Of a stretch of 64,000 bases of DNA, positions 1 to 7,978 are shown piece after piece. The notes under the pieces are model-generated. The model was given only the letters and a program-made list of their open reading frames with translations, was not told where the DNA came from and ran no database searches. The translations under genes and the position numbers were made by a program. The stretch comes from a virus (Duplodnaviria > Caudoviricetes), in IMG/VR virus record IMGVR_UViG_3300032307_000830, positions 526-64,525 of that record. One strand, written 5' to 3'. Position 1 is the stretch's first letter; the number at the start of each line of letters is the position of its first letter.

Positions 1-2
1 CA

Positions 3-2270
3 ACTGGTAACGCTGGTAACTCTGGTTTATCTAAAACTTCTGGTACTTCAGGATCTTCAGGATCAACTGGTACTGCTGGTACAGACGGTCAGTCAGGTTT
101 AAGTAAAGTATCCACAACTTCTGGTACTTCAGGGTCTTCAGGTTCTTCTGGATCAACTGGTACTGCTGGTAATGCTGGTAACAGCGGTTTATCAGCGGTA
201 AGTGGATCTTCAGGATCAACTGGTACTTCAGGTACTACTGGTGCTTCTGGTTTATCAAGATCTTCAGGTACTTCAGGTTCTTCTGGATCTACAGGTACAG
301 CTGGTGCTGATGGTGCCTCTAATCTATCTAAAACTTCTGGTACTTCAGGTTCTTCTGGATCTACAGGTAGTTCAGGTAACGCAGGTAATAGCGGTTTGAG
401 TGCTAATTCTGGTTCTTCAGGGTCTACAGGTACAAGTGGTACAAACGGAGCTGCTGGTAACATAGGTGCTTCAGCATTAAGTGGTTCTTCAGGATCAACT
501 GGTACAAATGGTAGCTCAGGTAACGCAGGTAATAACGGTTTAAGTGCTAATTCAGGTTCTTCAGGATCGACTGGTACAAATGGTACTGGTGGTGTAGCTG
601 GATTAAATGGTATAAGCGCGGTATCTGGATCTTCAGGTTCATCAGGTACGGCTGGTTTAAGTGGTGCTAACGGTTCTAACGGTACTTCAGGTGTTAGTGG
701 AAACAGCGGATCAACTGGTTCTAATGGTACTAGTGGTAACAATGGTAACTCTGGTAATTCTGGTCTAAGCGGTGCTTCTGGATCAACTGGTTCTAACGGT
801 ACAAACGGTAATAACGGAAACAATGGTGCTAATGGTCTAAGCGGTGCTTCTGGTTCTTCAGGATCAACTGGTACTGCTGGTACAAACGGTTTACCTGTAC
901 CTTCAGGAACATCAACAGTTTCTGGTTCTTCAGGATCTTCAGGTACAAACGGTACAAACGGAGCCGCTGGTAACATAGGTGCTTCAGCGTTAAGTGGGTC
1001 ATCTGGTTCTTCAGGAACAAATGGTTCTAACGGTGTTGCGGGTAACTCTGGAAACTCTGGCTTAAGCGGTGTATCTGGTTCTAACGGTACAAACGGTACA
1101 AACGGTAACAACGGTGCCGCTGGAAACTCTGGTTTAAGCGGTATATCTGGTTCTAACGGATCTAACGGTACAAATGGTGTTGCTGGTAACAACGGTAACT
1201 CTGGTTTAAGTGGTGTATCTGGATCTAATGGGTCAAACGGTACAAACGGTAATAACGGGGTTGCTGGAAACAGTGGTTTATCAGCGGTTAGTGGTTCAAG
1301 TGGATCAAATGGTTCAACTGGTACTTCAGGTGTGGCTGGTGGGTCTGGTTTATCTAGAACTTCAGGATTCTCTGGATCATCTGGATCTAACGGTACAAAT
1401 GGTACAAATGGTGTTGGTGGTAACAATGGTAATTCAGGTTTAAGTGGTGTATCTGGGTCTAACGGATCTAATGGTACTAACGGTGTTGCTGGTAACAACG
1501 GAGCAAGTGGTTTAAGCGGTATATCTGGGTCTAACGGATCTAACGGTACAAATGGTAATAACGGAAACAACGGAGTAAGTGGTTTAAGCGGTGTATCTGG
1601 TTCTAACGGATCTTCAGGTACAAACGGTAACAACGGTGCTGCTGGAAACTCTGGTTTGAGTGCTAATTCTGGTTCTTCGGGATCATCTGGTACAACTGGT
1701 ACAAGCGGCCAACCAGGTACGCCTGGTCAATCAAGGGGAGCTGCAACTTCTGGTTCATCTGGTACAAATGGTACTTCAGGTAACAATGGTGTATCAGGTA
1801 ACAGCGGTGGTTCTGGTGTATCAGGTGTATCTGGTTCTAACGGTACAAACGGTACAACTGGTAACAACGGTAACAACGGTGGTAATGGTGCCTCAGGTTT
1901 ATCAGGTTCTTCTGGTTCTAACGGTACTCAGGGTACTAACGGTGTATCAAGAATTTCTGGTTTATCTGGTTCATCTGGTTCAACAGGTACTTCGGGTACT
2001 AGTGGCCAAGGTACTAGTGGTATATCTGGTAACGGTACTTCGGGTGTTAACGGTACTTCGGGTACATCGGGTGTAGCTGGTAATAGTGGTTTGTCAAGAA
2101 CCTCTGGATCTAACGGTTCGAGTGGTACGTCAGGTAATAGTGGTAACGGTGGTTTATCTGGCCTTTCTAGAACATCTGGTACATCTGGTGCTAATGGATC
2201 TAATGGTACTTCAGGTGTGGCTGGTACAAGTGGTCAATCTGTTAATGGTACTTCTGGTATCAGCGGTGGA
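3..2270 (+). repeat. Degenerate 9-nt (Gly-X-Y) tandem repeat array with longer duplicated blocks
   Basis: Recurring ggt-tct-aac / ggt-aca-aac / gga-tct-tca units. The block ggtacaaacggagc(t/c)gctggtaacataggtgcttcagc occurs at ~438 and ~951. Confidence 0.9.
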
Positions 2271-2720
2271 TCGTTCACAAACCAACCTGACTTCTTAGTT
2301 AGGACGACAGGTACTGCGACAGTTCAAAGTGTAAGTTTCTTAAAAGCTGACATAACAAATACTAGACTTGGTATCAACAATAACTCACCTGCATACACAT
2401 TGGATGTTGGTGGTACTATCTACGCATCTGGTGATGTTATCGCATACTCAGATGAAAGAGTTAAGGAAAATGTTGTTACAATTAGTGACGCTTTAAATAA
2501 AGTAAGAAGTATGAGAGGTGTTAACTATACAAGAAACGACATTGAAGATAAATCATTGAAAATGGGTGTTATCGCGCAAGAAGTTCAAAGAGTTGTTCCA
2601 GAAGTTATCTCCATAAGAGAGTCTGATGGGCACTTAGCGGTTGCTTACGCAAACTTAGTCGGATTACTTATCGAAGCGATAAAAGATCTTGACAAAGAGA
2701 TCCAAGATTTAAAGAAATAA
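3..2720 (+). CDS. Tail fibre-like protein with Gly-X-Y (Ser/Thr/Asn-rich) repeats and C-terminal peptidase S74 intramolecular chaperone; 5' truncated by window edge
   Basis: Frame of ORF 396..2720 is open back to position 3 (ACT GGT AAC GCT GGT...). Gly occurs every third residue. The C-terminus has LGINNNSPAYTLDVGG and the S74 autocleavage motif DVIAY/SDERVKENV...GVIAQEV...YANLVGLLIEAIKDL. Confidence 0.88.
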   Translation, partial: TGNAGNSGLSKTSGTSGSSGSTGTAGTDGQSGLSKVSTTSGTSGSSGSSGSTGTAGNAGNSGLSAVSGSSGSTGTSGTTGASGLSRSSGTSGSSGSTGTAGADGASNLSKTSGTSGSSGSTGSSGNAGNSGLSANSGSSGSTGTSGTNGAAGNIGASALSGSSGSTGTNGSSGNAGNNGLSANSGSSGSTGTNGTGGVAGLNGISAVSGSSGSSGTAGLSGANGSNGTSGVSGNSGSTGSNGTSGNNGNSGNSGLSGASGSTGSNGTNGNNGNNGANGLSGASGSSGSTGTAGTNGLPVPSGTSTVSGSSGSSGTNGTNGAAGNIGASALSGSSGSSGTNGSNGVAGNSGNSGLSGVSGSNGTNGTNGNNGAAGNSGLSGISGSNGSNGTNGVAGNNGNSGLSGVSGSNGSNGTNGNNGVAGNSGLSAVSGSSGSNGSTGTSGVAGGSGLSRTSGFSGSSGSNGTNGTNGVGGNNGNSGLSGVSGSNGSNGTNGVAGNNGASGLSGISGSNGSNGTNGNNGNNGVSGLSGVSGSNGSSGTNGNNGAAGNSGLSANSGSSGSSGTTGTSGQPGTPGQSRGAATSGSSGTNGTSGNNGVSGNSGGSGVSGVSGSNGTNGTTGNNGNNGGNGASGLSGSSGSNGTQGTNGVSRISGLSGSSGSTGTSGTSGQGTSGISGNGTSGVNGTSGTSGVAGNSGLSRTSGSNGSSGTSGNSGNGGLSGLSRTSGTSGANGSNGTSGVAGTSGQSVNGTSGISGGSFTNQPDFLVRTTGTATVQSVSFLKADITNTRLGINNNSPAYTLDVGGTIYASGDVIAYSDERVKENVVTISDALNKVRSMRGVNYTRNDIEDKSLKMGVIAQEVQRVVPEVISIRESDGHLAVAYANLVGLLIEAIKDLDKEIQDLKK

Positions 2721-2728
2721 TAAATAAG

Positions 2729-2753
2729 AAAGGGGCCTAAGGCCCCTTTTTTT
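2729..2753. terminator. Bidirectional rho-independent terminator
   Basis: aaaggggcc-taa-ggcccctttttt hairpin between convergent genes. Confidence 0.85.
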
Positions 2754-3585
2754 ATTTTCTCAAACCGTTAAGAGATTTTAAAGCTCTTTCTCTAACCTTT
2801 TCTTTATCGATTTTGACGTTTTCATCAACAAATGGATACTTTATATTACCCAGGGATGAAATCATCTCTAAAGCGATATTTCGGGCTTGTTGTGCGTAGC
2901 TAATACTAACATATTCTCTGGATGAGTGCATGTTGTAGTAGCCAACGGAGTAATTTATACAAGAAAAATCATAAAAAGCCCCTAAAATACTAACATCGGT
3001 ATATGGGTGTCTACCTAATGTATAATCACCCATGTAATCTTCTAGTATTGGTTGGATTGTTTTATAAAAATCACCATTTTCGTCAAATAATTTAACTCCA
3101 TTACAGTAATGGGTTACCCAGTCGTTTTCAGGGGCGTCAAATTGCAGGGCATAACCAACATTTTCGAAGAAAACTTCATCGGCTAGTGTTGAACCAAAAC
3201 AACCATACTCCTCAGATACGAAAAAAACCGCTTTTAAGACCTCTACGCGCTCAAGTAACTCCAAACATACATAAACACCCGCCTTATTATCCCCACCGCA
3301 TCCAGTGGGCTTATTTGTACCCTTTTCAACGGCATATATAATATCTTCTTTATCTGGGTGATGTAAGATATCCATATCGACTATTCTATGCACAGAATCT
3401 GTATGCGCCACAACACATGGATAATACTCAGCGACACCTTTTGTTACATAGATATTACCGTGCTCATCTATAACATAATCTAAATTACATTCGTTAAGAT
3501 ATTTTGTTATTTTCGCTATAAGATACTGCTCTTGTCCACAATAAGTTGGTGTTGAGAGGATATCTTTTAATTTTTCTTTACTCAT
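2752..3585 (-). CDS. M20/M28-type zinc peptidase
   Basis: Metal-ligand motifs VAHTDSVH, GGDNKAG, SEEYG, QFD, YYNMHS. Confidence 0.8.
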   Translation of the reverse strand: MSKEKLKDILSTPTYCGQEQYLIAKITKYLNECNLDYVIDEHGNIYVTKGVAEYYPCVVAHTDSVHRIVDMDILHHPDKEDIIYAVEKGTNKPTGCGGDNKAGVYVCLELLERVEVLKAVFFVSEEYGCFGSTLADEVFFENVGYALQFDAPENDWVTHYCNGVKLFDENGDFYKTIQPILEDYMGDYTLGRHPYTDVSILGAFYDFSCINYSVGYYNMHSSREYVSISYAQQARNIALEMISSLGNIKYPFVDENVKIDKEKVRERALKSLNGLRK

Positions 3586-4153
3586 TAAAATATGATTTTA
3601 ATTTTTGTTTATCCACGATGTTTTTAATTGTTTGTGCGTAGGTGGGTGCTTCCGCGTAATGTGCTGAAAGAAACAAATAGTATTTTTCTTCAGTATTAAT
3701 GTTATTTAAATAAGTGGACTGGAAAAAACCCATGTCGACTATACAATCTTGCCACTTTTTATAATAGGCAAAGCTATTCTTTGAGCCTGAACACGTTGTC
3801 ATCCTACTTTTAGCTTCCCTCATCCCAAATAAATTATTATTTGATTTGAATAGACCACTCCTACCTAAACCGCTTTCAACAATAGCTTGCGCCATAACAA
3901 TGTGTGGGAATTTTATTCCGTTATTTTTAAGTTCGTCAACAAATTTATCTTTAGAAAACTTGTCTCTTTCCTTTTGTAGATTTATTATACGAACCTTACC
4001 CTCTATCGTGTCTAGAGTATCTGATTGAAAATACCTACCAATAAAAAAGGAACCAACCATTAGTAAAATGGTGGTTCCCAACGCTATTTTAACACTTAAT
4101 TTGTCTTTGACAAATTTTAGTTGATCGCTATCGTATCTGTAAAACATTACCAC
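3578..4153 (-). CDS. GH73 glucosaminidase/muramidase (endolysin-like) with N-terminal hydrophobic anchor
   Basis: AQAIVESG, NNLFGM and YAEAPTY motifs of the FlgJ/glucosaminidase family. Hydrophobic segment IALGTTILLMVGSFFIG. Confidence 0.85.
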   Translation of the reverse strand: MVMFYRYDSDQLKFVKDKLSVKIALGTTILLMVGSFFIGRYFQSDTLDTIEGKVRIINLQKERDKFSKDKFVDELKNNGIKFPHIVMAQAIVESGLGRSGLFKSNNNLFGMREAKSRMTTCSGSKNSFAYYKKWQDCIVDMGFFQSTYLNNINTEEKYYLFLSAHYAEAPTYAQTIKNIVDKQKLKSYFNE

Positions 4154-4171
4154 TACTTATTATCGTAGTGG

Positions 4172-4179
4172 CAAATATA
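4172..4179 (-). promoter_or_regulatory. Bacteroidota-type -7 promoter element (TAnnTTTG)
   Basis: TATATTTG on the minus strand ~20 nt upstream of the lysin start. Confidence 0.55.
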
Positions 4180-4180
4180 G

Positions 4181-5416
4181 TTAAAAATATTTACCGAAAA
4201 AAGTTTTTTTCTCTTTTTTACCGATAATCGATTCAATACCATCAATAACCATCTCTGGCGTTATGGTTTTTGTACATTCAAAATGTCTTGGTGTATCCTT
4301 GTGCTCTGGGCACCATTCCCAATCACCTGGGTTTAACCAATGTCTATTAAAACAACCATTACAAGTTTTATCTGGTTCTGGTGTGAATATTCTAACACAA
4401 TCCTCAAATTCAGATAATGGGTAGCTAAATCCTGAAATTAATACAGTTGGTGTACCAATCGCCCATGACATCCAACTCAAACCACTACCCAAACCAATAA
4501 ACATTTCAGCATTTTTGATGTCAATCATTCTATCAGTCAAAGCTATGTGGCCACCAGTTTTATCGATTACACCCTTAAGTGTACCACCAAGTTTTGAGTC
4601 GTGCCAATTATCACCTAATTTTTCCGATGTTATCATCACAACTTTATATCCACGATCATTTAAGTAATCCACAACTGTTTGCCAACCACCTGGATAGTTC
4701 CAGTATTTAGCGTGTGCAGATGCATGTGGTGCGATAATAACATATTTATCATCAAATCTACTTGGCTCATTAGGGACGTCCATTTTAGGTTTAACCTCAG
4801 AATGTTCTAACCCTAAAATCACGCTACTAGTTTTTTGTAGTGGATGTTCTTTAAAATCGATTGGTATTCTACTCTTAACGACTTCTTTATTATCATAAAA
4901 CCAACCAATGGTGTACATTGCGTATAGATCTGGTACGGGTGTACCTGGTTTAATAAACTCTAACTCTGGATACAAACCCTCAAACCATTCGTTATGGAAC
5001 GTTGATACCGCAACCTTACAATTATGTTTTTTTCTAAACTCTTCCGCAAATGGGAACCAAGCTAGCGTATCACCAACAGCACTACTGTCTAAATGAATGT
5101 AAACTTTTTTACCAGTCGCATCGTAATTGTGTTCAAAAACTAATTCATTACTTTCAACATCATAAACCTTAACCCCCCACTCAACAAAATATTGTATAGA
5201 GCTTTTGGTCCACATGTTATTTGTTATTTCAGTGATATGGTGCACATCACCAGTTTTATTATCCATGAACACCACACGGTATTTTTTAGATAAAGGCCCT
5301 TTTATCTCACAAAAAACGCCGTTAATGAAATGTACAATAAATGAATTAGAGGGTTCTTTATAATCCCTAGATAAAATTTCAGTGTTATTGTATTCGTTAA
5401 TTAATGTTTCCTTCAT
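4181..5416 (-). CDS. Autotransporter O-heptosyltransferase (Aah/TibC, BAHT family)-like protein glycosyltransferase
   Basis: SSAVGDTLAWFP, FIGLGSGLSWMSWAIG.PTVLISGFSYP..EF, and the four-Cys iron motif CNGCFN...WEWCPEHKDTPRHFECTKTIT, which closely follows the TibC/Aah C-terminus. Confidence 0.85.
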   Translation of the reverse strand: MKETLINEYNNTEILSRDYKEPSNSFIVHFINGVFCEIKGPLSKKYRVVFMDNKTGDVHHITEITNNMWTKSSIQYFVEWGVKVYDVESNELVFEHNYDATGKKVYIHLDSSAVGDTLAWFPFAEEFRKKHNCKVAVSTFHNEWFEGLYPELEFIKPGTPVPDLYAMYTIGWFYDNKEVVKSRIPIDFKEHPLQKTSSVILGLEHSEVKPKMDVPNEPSRFDDKYVIIAPHASAHAKYWNYPGGWQTVVDYLNDRGYKVVMITSEKLGDNWHDSKLGGTLKGVIDKTGGHIALTDRMIDIKNAEMFIGLGSGLSWMSWAIGTPTVLISGFSYPLSEFEDCVRIFTPEPDKTCNGCFNRHWLNPGDWEWCPEHKDTPRHFECTKTITPEMVIDGIESIIGKKEKKTFFGKYF

Positions 5417-7025
5417 ATTTCTTATATATAAAATTATTTATTATTAATAGATCAACAACATCGTTTTCTAGATGCGTAAACGCCTCGTCTGGGTGGCAAA
5501 CAATTGGTTCTTCATGTACGTTAAACGATGTGTTCAATAAAACAGGTACACCCGTTATTTTATTATATTCGTCCAATATCTTATGGAATGTTGGGTTTGA
5601 CTTTGGTGTAACTATTTGTATTCTAGCCGTTTTATCTTTAGGGTGCACAACCGTTGGTATCTTATCAGACCACTCTGGTCTTGTATCATACAACATGGTC
5701 ATAAATTGAGCTGTGTAAGCCGATTTATCAACTTTAAAGACTGTATTCGCGTGCTCTTCCATAACAGCTGGTGCAAATGGCATAAAGTCATTTCTTTGCA
5801 ATTTGTTATTGATTTTATCATATGTTTCTGGGTTAGTTACTTCACCGATAATACTTCTATTACCCAGAGCCCTTGGCCCGTGTTCGTATCTACCATTAAA
5901 TACACCGATAATCTTACCGTTAGCTAAGTACTTAGCAGCTTTTTCTGGTGTGAAAAGTTCTCTACTAAACTTATTAACATCCCAATATTGATCACCAACT
6001 TCATCATCGGTGTATGACGTACCCATAAAAACATCGTTTAGTTTAAACGGTTTAAATTCTGGGTTAAAAGTCTTGTGTACTACTAAAGCACAACCAAGTG
6101 CACAACCTTCATCACCCATTGGGGGTGTAACAAAGGCTTCGTTAACCCAGTATTGCTCATTAATTCGTTTATTTAACTTAACATTCGCGAAAACACCACC
6201 AGCTAAAGCTATTTTTTTAACATCTGGGTATTGGTTATGTAAGTTTGTTAACAACTGAACAATCTTCTCCTCAAAAACTAATTGACCGTTATACGCTAAA
6301 TCTTGTTTTGACCCAAGGTAAACCTTGGAGCCAATTCTTTTATAAAAAGAGGTGTAAAAATCTAAATAAACTTGCCCGAATAAAACACCCGAATCATCTT
6401 TATCGGTGTGAATACCCTCTATTTTTATAGCATCATTAAATGATTGGTATGCTACTAATTCATGCTTACCATGCCCAGCCATACCAACGACTTTACCCTC
6501 ATCTTTTAGTCGTTTAAAACCCAAGAATTCGGTTAACATCGCATAATAGTGACCAAATGATTTATTTTTAAGACCAAGACCGTCAATAAAACTTAAATTA
6601 CCGTTACTACCGATAAAATATTTTGCGCTATATTTACCACCACTAGCATCCATAGTCACGACTAAAGTATCTTCCTCAAAACCACTTAAATAATAAGCTG
6701 TTGCGGCGTGAGAATCATGGTGATCAACAAAAATAAATTTATGTTCTGGGAAAGGTAAACCAGTTTCTAATGTATCCCATATTATTTTAACCTCATTTTT
6801 GGGGTAATAACTAGTTATGTAATCAATATCATTGATATTAAACCCTAGTTTATCTGTGGCATCCCTTAAACTAAAATACGGGCATCTAAACACGTCTGAA
6901 TAAAAATCTTTATAAACTTTTATCCTATTATGTCTCTCTTCTTCCAAAGAGAAAATAATTTTACCGTTATCTATTAAAGTAATACCACAACAATGACCAC
7001 CAGCTGATATACCTAATATTTTCAT
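5397..7025 (-). CDS. O-carbamoyltransferase (NodU/CmcH/TobZ family)
   Basis: ILGIS, EEERHNR, HHDSHAA, EGKVVGMA, AGGVFANVKLN, GDEG, EHGPRALGNRS, PFAP, LNTSFNVHEEPIV. Confidence 0.95.
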   Translation of the reverse strand: MKILGISAGGHCCGITLIDNGKIIFSLEEERHNRIKVYKDFYSDVFRCPYFSLRDATDKLGFNINDIDYITSYYPKNEVKIIWDTLETGLPFPEHKFIFVDHHDSHAATAYYLSGFEEDTLVVTMDASGGKYSAKYFIGSNGNLSFIDGLGLKNKSFGHYYAMLTEFLGFKRLKDEGKVVGMAGHGKHELVAYQSFNDAIKIEGIHTDKDDSGVLFGQVYLDFYTSFYKRIGSKVYLGSKQDLAYNGQLVFEEKIVQLLTNLHNQYPDVKKIALAGGVFANVKLNKRINEQYWVNEAFVTPPMGDEGCALGCALVVHKTFNPEFKPFKLNDVFMGTSYTDDEVGDQYWDVNKFSRELFTPEKAAKYLANGKIIGVFNGRYEHGPRALGNRSIIGEVTNPETYDKINNKLQRNDFMPFAPAVMEEHANTVFKVDKSAYTAQFMTMLYDTRPEWSDKIPTVVHPKDKTARIQIVTPKSNPTFHKILDEYNKITGVPVLLNTSFNVHEEPIVCHPDEAFTHLENDVVDLLIINNFIYKKYEGNIN

Positions 7026-7969
7026 TTACTATATTCTTTGAATAATTCCGCTAATTCCGTTGATCTATTATACCACGATAAACTCTCAGCGTGGGCAATA
7101 GCTCTATTTCTATAAACTTCGTAATTATTTGTTATATCGTCTAAACCACGCACTAACTCAACGACATTTCTAGGCGCTCTCCACATACCATTAAAATCCG
7201 TCTCCATTTCAATCCAACCATTTACAGGTAAACCACAAGCCGCGGCCTCTAATATAGTTAAATTTGGGTGGCCAGCTTCTAGTTCAGATGGGTGCATAAA
7301 AATTGTGTGCCTATGATAAAGATTAACAAGTTCTTCTTGATTGGGTTCCCACTCCAAATTTAATTTTGGGTAACCAAAAACCCATGGGTTCTCGTTTAAG
7401 AAATTTTCATTATTTCTAGGCCCTGCTATTGTGATTGGTAAATTCCTAGCCATGGCAGCTTTAATTGCAAAACCAAAACCTTTTCTATCATAACCATTCA
7501 TACCAGCCAAACCGTTATTAGCTAAACACAATAACCTATGTTCTTTAGGCGGGTTTTTAGCTGGGGTGAAAAAATCCGTATTAACGCCATGCGAAAAATA
7601 TACCGCTTTGGGTGTATCGAAATACGGTACCAAAAATTTACCAGGCATCAGTGAAACCAATGAATTTTCAATAGCTTTTAGATTTTCTTTAAAAACAAAT
7701 GAGTTTTTACCGTAGTAAAAAGCATGGTGATCATGTAGCTGGTAAATGTAAGGTATATTCCTTTCGTGTAGGAAATGACACAGATTGGCCATGTGTACAT
7801 GTACGATATCATATTCACCTGGTTGGATCTCATTTGCGTACTTAATATCAACCTCGTGACCTAATAATCTTAAATTTTGTGTGAATTCCCACACGATTTT
7901 TTCGACAGCACCCCAATTAGGTGGTGGTACTGGTATCCCGCATCCAGGATGTACTTGACATATTTTCAT
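7022..7969 (-). CDS. GT-B glycosyltransferase (GT4-like)
   Basis: PPPNWGAVEKIVW, HGVNTDFF, RKG, HPSELEAGHPNLTILEAAACGLPV. Confidence 0.88.
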   Translation of the reverse strand: MKICQVHPGCGIPVPPPNWGAVEKIVWEFTQNLRLLGHEVDIKYANEIQPGEYDIVHVHMANLCHFLHERNIPYIYQLHDHHAFYYGKNSFVFKENLKAIENSLVSLMPGKFLVPYFDTPKAVYFSHGVNTDFFTPAKNPPKEHRLLCLANNGLAGMNGYDRKGFGFAIKAAMARNLPITIAGPRNNENFLNENPWVFGYPKLNLEWEPNQEELVNLYHRHTIFMHPSELEAGHPNLTILEAAACGLPVNGWIEMETDFNGMWRAPRNVVELVRGLDDITNNYEVYRNRAIAHAESLSWYNRSTELAELFKEYSK

Positions 7970-7978
7970 AATGAATTT

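Noticed and set aside
89-1633. 514-aa Pro/Leu/Val/Glu-rich ORF on the minus strand
   Set aside because: Antisense shadow of the Gly-X-Y fibre: GGT codons read as Pro on the reverse strand, and low complexity avoids stops.
3-2270. Possible CRISPR array or DNA-level satellite
   Set aside because: Repeats are degenerate at third codon positions, have no unique spacers and are explained by protein periodicity.
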